Of a stretch of DNA of 64,000 nucleotides, positions 32,936-47,776 are shown one piece after another. Both the position numbers and the translations under genes were made by a program. Within the stretch, counting starts at the first letter, position 1. Every line of letters begins with the position of its first letter. Under the pieces are notes generated by a model. That model saw only the letters and a list, made by a program, of their open reading frames with translations, was not told where the DNA came from and made no database searches. This DNA is from the human T2T-CHM13v2.0 reference genome, Homo sapiens, in the NCBI RefSeq assembly GCF_009914755.1, contig NC_060947.1; one strand, written 5' to 3'.

Positions 32936-34289
32936 CTATTGTGACATGGCCCTGCCCCAGTCTAATGATATAATGAGTTTAGGCTTTTTTTTGTTTCTCT
33001 GACCTGGCAGACTCCTCACACTGTTAGAGCTGCTTTGACGAGCTACGTCTGTTCACTTATTTGGGTTGTTATCACTTTTATTCTTTGCACAGCTTTTATC
33101 CATCTGCTAGTTTGATAATAAACTGAAGTGAGAACAACTTAAGCCAAGTTCAAGTTGACATTCTCCCTGTCTTTGCTTCTGACTGTGGTGTGCCCAGATT
33201 GTAGACTGGCCAGGCTCACTGGGTAGATATTTTAAATCCTCACTTGTATATTCACAAACTGAGCACTGGAAAAAGAAAAAGAAAATAACTTGCTCAAGTC
33301 ACAGAGCTAGGGAGAGGTGGAACCAGGATATGAATCTAAGATTTCTAACTTCAGTTTTGGTTCTAAGAATATTCCAGGGTTTGTGAAAGTGTTCTGAGGT
33401 TTATGATTTTTAAAAAATAATAGTGGAATCTGTTTTCATTTCAACTGTAAAAGCCTCCAAGTGTTGACTGGCTGTTTGGGGCAGTCAAGATCCTATGCCT
33501 GTTAGTAGCAGGCCTGTTCCAGCATCATCTGCTTGGTTCTTTTGTCACTCAGGTGATGGCCTCATCTGCTATGGGGGTTTTGACCATTCTACAGCTTTCA
33601 ATTATTTTTATTCAATTGTCTAACTTATTCTCGCAGTGGATTATTGGGTTCAGAAAGGAGGCATCAAAAATACTGATTTTAAAGTAGAATGAGCTACTGA
33701 ACTGTACACTTAAAATGGTTAAGATGGTAAAAAAAAAATAGAATGAGCTGATGAGGGACATAAAAATTATAATTCTGAATTTTGACCTTACACCTGTAAG
33801 GAACATTCATATTATCATTTCTTACTACATCAATATATCTCTAGTTCTTCAAAATAAAAGTTAAAAGGATAAAAAGGAATATGCACTATATGGATAGTGG
33901 ATATGGATTAAAAGATTTTATATGGATAAAAAGTTTTTATCCAACTTGGCTTTTCCTTTATTGAGAATAAAATTATCCATTTCCACAGCATATTACTTCT
34001 GAAGAAGTGCTTGCAAATAGCTGCCAAAAAGTGCTTGTGTCTCCTCTTTTAGAAACAAAATACAAAAATTATAATAATAAAGGAATGTATTTTTTAAAGT
34101 GCAAAAGTCAAGAATTCCAAATAACAGGCCGTGGAAGCAGTCTGGATGGATTCAACACACAGTTAAATTTCAATCTACTTATTAATACACATTTGATCCC
34201 CAAACATGATATTAATATGTCATTTTGAATTTGTAGATAAACCATGTTCTTGCTTGTATACTTTAAAAAAGTATTCGCTATGACTTTTT

Positions 34290-37200
34290 TTGAATTGTTT
34301 TTATTTTTATTGATAAATAATAGATGTACATATTTTGGGGTACATGTGATAACTTGATATATTCATATAATGTGTAAAAATCAAATCAGAGTAATTGGGA
34401 TATCCATCACCTCAAATATTTATCGTCTGTTTATTCTAGGACGAATTTATTTTCGTCTAGCTATTTGAAATGTGCAATAGATTATTGTTAACTATAGTCA
34501 CTCTACTGATTTATCAAACTCTAGGTCTTGTTTCTTCTAAGCGTATGTTTGTACCCATTAATTGATCTCTCTTCATGCCCTCTGATACGGTTTGGCTGTG
34601 TCCCCATCCAAATCTCCTCTTGAATTGTAATCACCACAGTCCTCACATGTCGCAGGAGGGACCCAGTGGGAGGTAATTGAATCAGGGCAGTTCCCCCATG
34701 CTGTTCTCGTGATAGTGAGTGAGTTCTCAGGAGATCTGATGGTTTTATAAGCATCTGGCATTTCCCCTGCTGGCACTCATTCTCTCTCCTGCCACCCTGT
34801 GAAGAGGTGCCTTCAGCCATGATTGTAAGTTTCTTGAGGGCTCCTGAGCCATGCGGAACTGTGAGTCAATTAAACCTCTTTTCTTTATGTATTACCCAGT
34901 CTCGGGTGTTTCTTCATAGCAGCGTGAGAATGGACTAATACACTCCCTCTTCCCAGATTCTGACAACCACCAAACTTCTCTCTGCCTTCATGAGATTCAC
35001 TTTTTTAGCTCCTACATATGAGTAAGAACATGTGATGTTTGTCTTTCTGTGTCTGGCTTATTTCTCTCAACATAATGACCTCCAGTTCCATTTATGTTGC
35101 TGCCAATGACATTAGCATTTCTCCTGAGAGAAACAAATCCTTTATGTTTGTATGGGGCTTTGCAGATAACAAAGCATATCCAAGTCCACGTGGGATTTTT
35201 GGGGGTCCAGTGCTTTTATTTATTTGTTTATTTTTATAACCTCACACATTTATTGGAAGAGACTTTTGAATGTTCTCACCACATACGATTTTATACTCAC
35301 AATCACTCTGGGTGGTAAGGTTTTCATTCTTTTTTATGGCTGAATAATATTCCATGGTGTATGTACACCACATTTTATCCATTCATCTGTTGATGGGCGC
35401 TTCGGTTTATCCCATATCTTGGCTATTGTGAGTAGTGCTGCAATAAACATGGAGGTACAAATATCTCTTCAATATATTGATTTCCTTTCTTTTGGGTGTA
35501 TACACAGTAGTGGAATTGCTGGATCATATAGCAGCTCTATTTTTTGTTTCTTGAGGAACCTACATAGTCTTCTCTGTAGTGATTGTACTAATTTACATTC
35601 CCACTAACACTGTACGAGGGCTCCCCTTTCTCCACGTCTTTGCCAGCATCTGTTATTCCCCCCCGCCTTTTTAAATAAAAATCATTCTTACTGAGGTGAA
35701 ATGATATCTCACTGTGGTTTTGATATGCATTTATCTGATAATTAGTGATGTTGAGCTTTTTTATATACATTTGTTAGCCATTTGTATGTCTTCTTTTGAG
35801 AAATGCCTATTCAGATCTTTTGCCCATTTTAAATCAGATTATTAGATTTTTTTTCCTATAGAGTTATTTCAGCTCCTTATATATTCTGGTTATTAATCCC
35901 TTGTCAGATGGGTAGTTTGCAAGTATTTTCTCCCATTTCATGGATTATCTCTTCACTTTGTCGATTGTTTCTTTTGCTGTGCAGAAGCTTTTTAACTTCA
36001 TGTGATCCCGTTTGTCCATTTTTGCTTTGGTTGCCTGTGCTTATGGGGTATAACTCAAATGTTTGCCCAGTCAAATGTCCTAGAGAGTCTCACCAAAGTT
36101 TTCTTGTAGTAGTTTCATAGTTTGGGGTCTTAGATTTCAGTCTTTAATCCATTTTTATTTTTATTTTTGTGTATGGAAAGAGATAGTGATCTAGTTTCAT
36201 TCTTCTGCATGTGGATATCCAGTTTTCCTGGCACCATTTATTGAAGAGAGTGTCCTCTCACTGATGTATGTTCTTGGCACCTTCGTAAAAAGTGAGTTCA
36301 GTGTAGATGTATAAATTTGTTTCTGGGTTATCTATTCTGTTCCATTGGTCTATGTGTCTGTTTTTGTGCCAGTACCCTGATGTTTTTGTTACTATAGCTC
36401 TGTAGAATAATTTGAAGTCAGGTAATGTGTTTCCTCTGGTTTTGTTCTTTTTGCTTAGGATAGCTTTGGCTATTCTGTGTCTTTTGTGGTTCTGGGTGCA
36501 TAAATATTTATCATTGTTATAGCCTCTTGCTGAATTGACCCTTTTATCATTATGTGGTGATTTTATTTTTCTCTTTTTACAGTCTTTGACTTGTCTATTT
36601 TATTTGATGTAAGTGTAGCTACTCCTGCTCTTTTTTGGTTTCCACTTACATAGAATATCTTTTTTCATCCCTTTACTTTCAGTCTATGTGTGTCTTTATA
36701 GGTAAAGTGAGTTTCTTATAGGCAGCATATAGTTCTGTCTTGTTTCTTTATCCCTTCAGCCACTCTGTCTTTTAATAGGAGAACTGAGTCCATTTACATT
36801 CAGTGTTATTATTAAGTAAGGACTTACCACTGCCATTTTTGTTGCTTGTTTTCTGGTTGTTTTGTAACTCCTTTTTTCCTTTCTTACTGTCTTCCTTTGT
36901 GGTTAAGTAATTTTCTCTGGTAGTGTGTTTTAATTCATTGCTTTTTATTTTTAGTGAGTCTATTATAGGTTTTTGCATTGTGGTTACAATTAGGCTTACA
37001 AAAACATCTTATGGATATAACAAGTTATTTTAAAGAGATGACAACTTATCTTAGATCACAAAGAAAATAATAGAAACACAGAAAAAAATGAAAACAAAAA
37101 AGCCTCTCCACTTCAACTCCATCCCCCCTACATTTTGACTTTCTGTTGTCTCAATTACATATTTTTATATTGTCTATCTTTTAACAGCTTACTGTAGCTA

Positions 37201-38890
37201 TTGTTTTTGATAGATTTATCTTTTAGGCTTTATACTACAGTTATGAGTGAATTGCACACTACAATTACAGTACTAGAGCATTCTGAGTTTGTCTGCGTAC
37301 CTAGTTTTAACAGTGAATTTTATACCTTCAATTTTTTCCTTTCTGCACATAGTGTTCCTTTTTTTCCGGCTTTATCTCTCCTTCATATTTGAAAACTACG
37401 GTATTCTTGAATGGTAGGTTTCTTTTTTCCCCCAGCACATTGGAAATATCATCCCGCCCCCTCTGAGGCTGTATGATTTCCATTGAGAAGTCTATTGCCA
37501 GATGAATTGGAGCTCCTTTATATGTTATTTGTTTATTTTCTCTTGCTGCTTTTAGAATCCTCTATTTGTCCTTGACCTTTGGGAGTTTTATTATGTGCCC
37601 TGGGGCAGTCTTATTTGAGTTGAATCTGTTTGGCATTCTATGACCTTCCTGTAACTGGATATTTGTATCTATCTCAAGTTTTGGAAAATGTTCTGTTATT
37701 TATTTCCTTAAGTGAGCTTCCTACCCCTTGCTCTTGCTCAGCTCCCTTTTGATCACCAGTAATTCTTAGATTTGGTCTTTTGAGGTAATTTTCTATATTT
37801 TGCAGGTGATCTTTATTCCTTTTAATTCTGTTTTTTTCCTCTGACTGTATTTTCAAATATTCTGTCTTTGAGATTAGTGATTCTTTCCTCTGCTTGATCT
37901 AGTCTGCTGTTGGGGGCCTCTAATGAATTTTTCTGTTCAGAAAATGTATTTCTCAGTTCCAAGATTTCTGTTTGGTTTTTTAAATTATTTCAATCATCTC
38001 TTCATTAATTTTCTGTGATAAATTTCTGAATTGCTTTTCAGTGTTATCTTGGATATCACTGAGTTTCCCTAAAATTGCTATTTCGAATTCTTTGTCAGAT
38101 AACTCACGTATCACCTTCTTATTAGGATCAGCCATTGGTTCCTTGCTTTGTCTGTTTGGATAATGTTTCCCTATTTGCTATTGTCTCTTGTGGATGTGTG
38201 TCTATGTCTTTGCATTGAAGGATTAATTATTTATTCTAGTCTTCTCTTTCTGGCCTGTTTTGGATTTTATTGGTTATGTTTGCTTAGAGATTCTTCATAA
38301 TTTACCTGCTGAATTTCTTCTTCTTTCCACTAGGTCATTGCCTCATTTTTGGCATTAGATGGTGCTTAAAGCTCAAGTTTGCCTCCACTCTAGCAAAGGA
38401 TAGGAGTGCTGCCAGTTAGGAATAGGGGAGGTCCCAAAGGAGATAACCTGGCAGTGTGGAAGAGCTGGCTTGGGGTTCATGCCACTATACGTCCTACAAC
38501 ACGGTGCTGCTGAACGGCTACTCTGATTTGGCATCTCCTTTGGCCAAGTTACAGAGCAGAGTTTCCAGGGCTAGGGGTGATAGTCCTGATTCCCTTTTTC
38601 TGGCTGTCCTCAGGGATATTTTTCCCTTCAGGCACTCCCAGTGCTTCCTGTGGGTTGAGGCAGGGATAGAGCTCCTGCCAGGGAACCAAAAATAGTGGAG
38701 AAGGTGGTTGTCCACCTCAATTTCACTTTTTCCAGTGTAGAAACTCTGAGTCTAGAAAAATTTTCTGCAAGCTTGGTGTCAGGCAGACTGGGAGAAGAGG
38801 TGTTGCAGATATGGAAGTCCCATTCTCTTACCATCTTCTCAGAGATTTTTCACTTTTCTGTGGCCCCAGGAACTATCTCATCCTCATCTT
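34290..38890 (-). mobile_element. L1MA-type LINE (3'UTR, ORF2 ends with large internal deletion ~36495, ORF1, 5' region), degenerate
   Basis: L1MA 3' end TTTTGGGGTACATGTGATA...GGGATATCCATCACCTCAAA; ORF2 motifs; ORF1 remnant 37674-37856 (KRPNLRITG). Confidence 0.85.
34583..34942 (+). mobile_element. THE1 (THE1D-like) solo LTR inside the L1
   Basis: TGATACGGTTTGGCTGTGTCCCC ... GTGAGTCAATTAAACCTCTTT ... GGACTAATACA. Confidence 0.9.
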
Positions 38891-38992
38891 TGTCTCTTGC
38901 ATACTTAGTTAAAAATAAATTAAACAGCATGCATCACTTGTTAAATGGAGAAAGGTCAAACTTTGTCCTTGTATATCCTAAACATTATTGTT

Positions 38993-39292
<300 letters not shown>

Positions 39293-39808
39293 TAAAGAAT
39301 ACATTAAACTGCAAATGATAATACAATCTTTAATAATATACTGATCCAAATTCCTTTTCCTTAAAAGTTAAAGTTGCTTGCTGTCCTATACCATACTACA
39401 ACAACACAATGAGTTAGCAATTCTGTGGGGGTTAATGAGATTATAGATTTTCATGAATGCAGTTTTTAAGGATAGAGAACAGAAGACAGTAAGGGTGACT
39501 GCAGTGGAGAGGGTAGGATAGGTCAGTGTGTCTGCATGTATGTTTCGTGCTAGGGCTTTTGTATTACACCATTTCTAGTGCAAATAATAGAAATCCAATT
39601 CAAACCAGTTTAAGCAAAGAGGGGGATTTATTGGCTCAGGAAACTGGCAAGTCCAGAGATAGAACTTGTTTCAGAGACTCTAAGACATCAAGTGCTCTCT
39701 GCCACGCCCTCTCTCAACTCAGCTCTGATTTTCTCTGTGTTGATCTCTTTATCTCCTAGATATTCTTTCACATGGAGGGAGGCGAGGTCAAAGCTCTTTT
39801 CATCCCAG

Positions 39809-40364
39809 TGAAGTGGTGTCATTCTTCTGGGGTAATACCCAAGGTTCGTTGTCCTATGCCAAGGAAATCAATGACATGGACACACAAGGAGTGAGGTTAA
39901 GAATGGAGGTTTAATAGGCAAAAGAAAGAGAAGAGCTCTCTGTGCAGAGAGGGGTCCAGGAGAAAATGGGTTGCCACTTCCTCAGTGAGATGCAGAATGT
40001 TCCATAGATGAGCTTGAGGAGGCGGTGTCTGATTTACATAGGGCACAAAAAGTTGGTTGGATCAGGTGTGCCATTTGCATAGTGAGTGAAGAAGCTGGCC
40101 ACTCCTCCCTAACCTTTTATTATGCAGGTGGGTTCTCTACCTGGCTGGTGCCATGTTGCCTGGTTTTTTACTGTACTTGTGGTGATAAAGAAAAGGGAAG
40201 ATGCAGCCTCCATGTTGAACATAGCTGGCTTCCAGGTAGCCCTTTCCTATTGGCACATCTGCCGGTATTCACCTGTGCAAGCTTCCAGCTTGCTTATCTA
40301 TGTCTGTAGCTCAAGTTTTCAGGCTGCTCTTTGTTAGAAAAGAAATGATTTGGGGGCTGCCTTT
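39809..40364 (-). mobile_element. ERV1 LTR (LTR9/MER61 group)
   Basis: TGAAGTGGTGTCATT..GGGGTAATACCC..GGTTTAATAGGC..TTAGAAAAGAAATGATTTGGGGGCTG; subfamily uncertain. Confidence 0.65.
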
Positions 40365-40747
40365 TGATAGGACAGAGATAAGCCACAGATAATGGCTCTG
40401 GTGGGTATATGTGTAACCCAGATGTCTTCAAAGTCTCCAGATACCTTCAATGCCAAATGGAAAATAGCTTGAGTCCCTGGGCTGAATATTCCCCATTTGT
40501 CCCTCCAGATCCAGTCTGGAGAGTAGCTGCTTCTGGTTTGGTCCAGACAATGGAGGACACCAGTAGATCTGAGATAGGAAGAGAGAGGCAGGCGTACTTA
40601 TTCCTGCAGCCCACTCCCTGCCAGGCTATGCTGGTCAGCAGCTTTTTTCCTCTGGTGAGAGCTACAACTTCCATCAGGCAGCCCTCTCCTAGAGCTATAG
40701 CTCCCACCCATTTTGGTAACTCTTCCTTCTCTTTGCCCCTTCAGGCA

Positions 40748-41375
40748 AAGTATTTGTGTTTTTGTGACTGGCTTATTTCACTTAGCATAATGTCCTCAAG
40801 GTTCATCCATGTTGTAGCATGTGACAGGATTTCTTTCTTTTTAAAGGCAGAGTAAGATTCCATTGTGTGTATATACCACATGCTGTTTATCCATTGATGG
40901 ACATTTGGATTGCTTCCACCCCTTGACTATGGTGAATAAAGCTGCTGTGAACACTGATGTGCAAACATATCTTTGAGACCCTGCTTTTTATTCTTTTGGG
41001 TGTACACCCAGAAGTGGGATTGTTGGATCATACAGTAGTTCTATTTTTAACTTTTTGAGGAAACTCCATACTGTGTTTCATAGTGATTGCACTCTTTTAC
41101 AATCCCATCAACAGTGCACAAGGGTTTTAATTTCTCCACATCCTCACCCACACTTGCTATTTTCTGTTTTTTTTTAAAATTTTTTTTATAATGGCCATCT
41201 CTAATGGGTGTGAGGCGATATCACATCGTGGTTTTGATTTGCATGTCTTTGATCATGTATGATGTTGAGCGTCTTATGCTTGGCCATTTATATTTCAGCT
41301 TTAGATAAATGTCTATTTAAGTTATTTACCCATTTTTTGATCAAGTGATTTGATTTTTTATTAATGAGTTGTCCC
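40748..41375 (-). mobile_element. L1M fragment
   Basis: GGCTTATTTCACTTAGCATAATGTCCTCAAGGTTCATCCATG...CCAGAAGTGGGATTG. Confidence 0.85.
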
Positions 41376-41579
41376 ATTTTGTTTTTAACCAGAGTTTTTG
41401 ACATTGATAGGGAAAACGTGTGTTGTGTAGTTTTGTGTTAAAAGCCTTCACATTCCCATGTCCTCTGAGGACTGGGAGCTCAGGGGAGGTGGGTTGTGCT
41501 TGATGATCCAGAAAGTTTCCCTAAATGAAGAAGCAAGGACGCAGCCAGCAAAACTCCAGGAGTTTCCAATATTCTCTGA

Positions 41580-41953
<374 letters not shown>

Positions 41954-42680
41954 GCATTCTTGTATATTAGGACAGACATGAATGTGATTTTAGTAGTAGT
42001 GTATAGGAGTCTATAGAAGCTGGAAAGAAAGAAATAACTTTTAGTCTTCAAGAGAAAAATCATCTATGCCAGCCTCCGAAGTCACACTGTCTGAGGACTT
42101 TCTGCAGTGATGGACATGTTCTGTGTCTCTGCTGTCCCCTATGGTAATCAGTGAATATTGAGCACTTGAAATGTGGCTAGTGGGACTGAGGAACTGAATT
42201 TTTAATTTAATTTAATTTTGATAAATATAAACTTAAATAGCCACATGTGGTTAGTGGCTACCAAATTGGACAACACAGAAAAGTAAGCAAAATATATCTT
42301 AATTTGGGAAGAGGACTAGAGGGTTTACATAGGTTTACATTTTACTAATATGCATGATATTGGGCCTGTGTACACACAAGTTGATCGTATAGTATCTGAG
42401 ATTTAGACAACCTGCTGGTCATTGTCTGTGATGGTGGTGAACGAGGAGGAAGAAGAGGAAGTCTGGGCCTGTAGTCAAAGGAGGTGATTAAAGGACCAAG
42501 GACAGGGCAGGAGGAAATTGGTGAAGAATATGATCAATCAATATACAGGTACATACAGAGCACATTCTGTCCTAGGGAGAAGCTACAAGTGGTATGAAAA
42601 GTTGGATCCACTCCCAAAGGGCTTACTATGTCTGGGGTGAGACAAGATACGGTCACATGAAGTGCGTGGTAAACAAGATA

Positions 42681-42784
42681 CGCCATAATGTCACAGTTAT
42701 GCCAAATGCCATAATTTCAAAGTTATGCCAAACATCATAATGTCAAAGTTATGTCAAATGCCATAATATCAAAGTTATGCCAAA
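42681..42784. repeat. 26-bp minisatellite x4
   Basis: Consensus TGCCATAATGTCAAAGTTATGCCAAA at 42681, 42707, 42733 and 42759. Confidence 0.92.
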
Positions 42785-42839
42785 CAGATAAATACAATGC
42801 ATCTCCAAGAAGGGAGAAATCCACCTTGGCCCCAGACAT

Positions 42840-43055
42840 CAGAACCAGACTGCCTGGATTGATTGCTGGCTCTGCCACTTACTGGTTGTGTGACCTTGGG
42901 CAAGTCACTTGCTATCTATATGCTCAGTTTCCTCATGATAAAATGAAATGATAAATGTGCCAATATTATAGGGTTGCCATGAGCATTAAATGACATATGT
43001 GAGAGTGCTTAGAACAGTGCCTGGAATACATAAGTGCTAATTAAATATTAGCTGT
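42840..43055 (+). mobile_element. MIR
   Basis: CTCTGCCACTTACTGGTTGTGTGACCTTGGGCAAGTCACTT...AGTGCTTAGAACAGTGCCTGG. Confidence 0.85.
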
Positions 43056-43400
43056 CATTGAAGGGGGAGAGGAAACGGTAGAGTAGGAAAAAGGGCATTA
43101 GCTTTCATAACCTACATCCATCCAGGCACCTTCTTTAAATATAACTTAAACTCCTTGTGATCAATTTGATACTGAGTAGAACTGTTATTTATGGTGTAAT
43201 TAGCTACTCTCAAGTTCACTTATGTAGCAAAAGTCAGGAAAAAGTAAGGAAAATAGGTTCTTAGGTAAATGTCCCCAGAAGTAGACCTTCAGATGAGGAT
43301 TCACAAGCAAGTGATTTATTAAGGACATGCTCCCAGGGGAGGCAGGGAGGGAATGGAGGACAGGACAGAGAAGGGGAGGGAGCTAAGCAAATAGATTATC

Positions 43401-43554
43401 TTTTTTTTAAAATTTTTATTATTATTATTATACTTTAAGTTTTAGGGTACATGTGCACAATGTGCAGGTTAGTTACATATGTATACATGTGCCATGCTGG
43501 TGTGCTGCACCCATTAACTCGTCATTTAGCATTAGGTTTTTTTTTTTTTTAATT
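43401..43554 (-). mobile_element. Young L1PA 3' terminal fragment with TSD
   Basis: ATACTTTAAGTTTTAGGGTACATGTGCACAATGTGCAGGTTAGTTACATATG...CATTTAGCATTAGG; TSD GCAAATAGAT(T/G)ATCTT. Confidence 0.92.
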
Positions 43555-44549
43555 GCAAATAGATGATCTTAAGTGAAGTCACTGCCCCAGCCCGATCCCA
43601 CAGGGGAGCTCTTGGGGGTAAGTTACACCCCTTTAGTGTACCACAAATCCAAACAAGGCAGCTGGACTTTGAGATGCTCACACCTGCTGGTCATTGGCTA
43701 AATTCCACCCCAGGGAACCTAAACCTCCAGGCACCATGAGCAAAGCAGTGTCAAAAGTCCACGCGGGCAGGAAAAACATACAGAATTTCAGGGAAGGCCA
43801 CTCAGAAACAGGAAAAGGGTGGCGCCATTTGAATGAAGCAGCTGCTATCGTCCACTGAATATTATGGGTTTTGCTGAACAAGGCTGGGCAAAGAACTTAC
43901 TGGGGCAAATTGGTGCTGCTAATTGGTGACCACCCAAACTTCCAAACAGTGGATCTCAAACTTCAGGCTGTGTAAGATCCCCTGGAAGTCGTTTAAAATG
44001 TAGATTCCTGGGCTTCATCTCCAGAAATTGTAATTCAGTGGGTGGGACTCAGGAAACTTCATTTTCAACATGCTCCCTGGGTAATTTGGATGTGGGGATC
44101 CTTGGACCATGCCCTGAGAATCACTGCCTTAGGGGACTGGCAGGAAGGTGTTGAGGTTGAGTGGTCAGGCTGGCTCACAGGCAGGGTTCCCAGTAGTGCT
44201 TAATGTTATCAGCAGTGCGCTGGTGAACAGACATGGAAAAGTGTGGAAACCGCTTCATGACTACCTTCCTGGGGAGGCACAAAACAAGATGGCTTGTCCC
44301 AAGTAGGGTGCAGAAAAACAATTTCCCTGGAGTGGCCATTGTGTGAGCCCTGAGGGAAAGGGGAGCAAGGGATGTAATTTAAAGAACTACAATCAGGGAG
44401 TGTCTTCAGCTAATTCCCCTAGAAAGCCTGAGACTAGGATCTGAGTTCAAGTAGTTTACTTGGAAGAGATCCCAGGAAGCACCAGTATGGAAGTGAGAAT
44501 TGGAGGGACAGGGCAGAGAAGGCAGGTAGTCAGTACAGGATATGTTACC

Positions 44550-44862
44550 AGGCTGGGCGTGGTGGCTCACGCCTGTAATCCCAGCACTTTGGGAGGCCGA
44601 GGCGGGTGGATCGTGAGGTCAGGAGTTTGAGACCAGCCTGACCAACATGGTGAAACCCTGTCTCTACTAAAAAATACAAAATTTAGCCGGCTATGGTGGC
44701 GTGTGCCTGTAGTACCAGCTACTCAGAAGGCTGAGGCAGGAGAATTGCTTGAACCCCGGGAGGCGGAGGTTGCAGTGAGCCGAGATCGCACCACTGCACT
44801 CCAGCCTGGATGACAGAACGAGACTCCATCTCAAAAAAAAAAAAAAAAAAAAGAAAAAAAAA
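44550..44862 (+). mobile_element. AluS within an old ERVL LTR (~44400-45160)
   Basis: Alu consensus; AGGATAT(G/C)TTACC TSD. Confidence 0.93.
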
Positions 44863-46129
44863 GGATATCTTACCGGTGTCAGCAGCAGACCACTGTTGGC
44901 AACTGGGGTTTGATCCTGCTGGGCACATCTGAGAGACCATGCAAACACATGCTTGAGTTGTCCCACTTGGGGTGAGAAACTGGGGCATTTTGCCATTGCC
45001 GCTTCCTGAAACTTCTGGCATACCCTGGGTATTTGGTGAGCACCCCCCTGCAGCTGGAAAAAGCCCCAGGCAGAGTTGCAGATGCTTGCAATAGAAAGCT
45101 ATCAGCATGTACAAGGCTGGTGAGTGCTGAGCGGATACTGGCAGGACTCCTATAGCGTCTGCCAGAGGGAGTGGAAATTGTTCATTTCACAAACAAGGAC
45201 GATTTCTCACACGAAATTGCCTGCTGCCTACAGGGCTTATGTTAGGTGGATCTGCTTGTCTGCAGTGGTCCTCTGTCCCTTAGCTGCATGTTCTGATGCC
45301 TTCAGTCTGGCCAGATTTCTGGGAAAATCCCAGCCAAAGGACTGTAAGAGGTCCAGGTCCTCTAGTTCATGAGGTTCTGAAGATGTGTGCTGCTGGTGGC
45401 CCAGGAATTAGCTTCTACCCACCCTGGCCTTGCACATTTTCTGTTCACTGCATTGCTAGCTATTGGAGCCACATCTGATCTCCAAAAATCCATGCCTGCC
45501 ACCATTGCACCAGGCCAAGCCCAAGAGGAGAACTGTAAGACAGTCAGCATTTGTAGAGTTCCTTCTTGAACTGTCCTTCCTATCCATTTCTTTCTAGTTT
45601 CATCACCAGCCTTGATCATTTGTCACTGTCCCTTTTGTTTAACTGTCATTACCTCACAGTGCTGATGAAGCCATGAGGAGAACTGATATACCAGTGCTAA
45701 TGATCATCAATGAGGTGATGGTGGAGGTGACAGGAAACAGGAGAAAATGACAAGGACAATTTGACGTAGCCAAGAAAGGGATCCCCAGGCATGTCCACAG
45801 AGTTTGGGAAAGAACACGTCAAAAAATTTACCAAAAAAATATGGTCATGAGCTCATGGCTGGAGAGTCCAAAAACCAGAGATGAGCAAGAGAAAATGATT
45901 GCTGAAGAATTGTTCATAATATATAACCACAGAGGAAGCTGGAGAGGAGAGGAATGGGGTGGATCTAAAGAAGCCGTCGAGGCTTCAGCTCTTCAATAGC
46001 TTTGATTTTGAAGGGATATGTATAGAAACAGAAACCAGACATCAGTAAAGAATCAACACAAATCATGTCAAAAGTTTATCAGATTGGAAATCAAAAGATA
46101 GAATGGCCCAGATTTTCAGAAAGTCTAAT

Positions 46130-47217
<1,088 letters not shown>

Positions 47218-47452
47218 TAGGCCACGGACTCTTTTGATAATCTGATAAAAATGATAGATTCTCTATGTATTAAAATGCCGGTATGTGCCAACACTACTCT
47301 TTATGTTCAATTTCAAGGAGTTCATTTTTCCTAAAGCAGGACTATGGTCCCCAGCTTAAGCCCACCTCTAAAGGGATTCTTCTATCTCTAAAATGCAGCG
47401 ATTCTAAGTCCTTTCTATAGAAGTTGTATTTTCATGAATCTTTCCTCAGTGA

Positions 47453-47776
<324 letters not shown>

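Noticed and set aside
34290-38890. Potentially active LINE-1
   Set aside because: ORFs fragmented, RT region apparently deleted, interrupted by THE1
42681-42784. CRISPR-like 26-bp palindromic repeats
   Set aside because: Head-to-tail with no spacers, no cas genes, mammalian context
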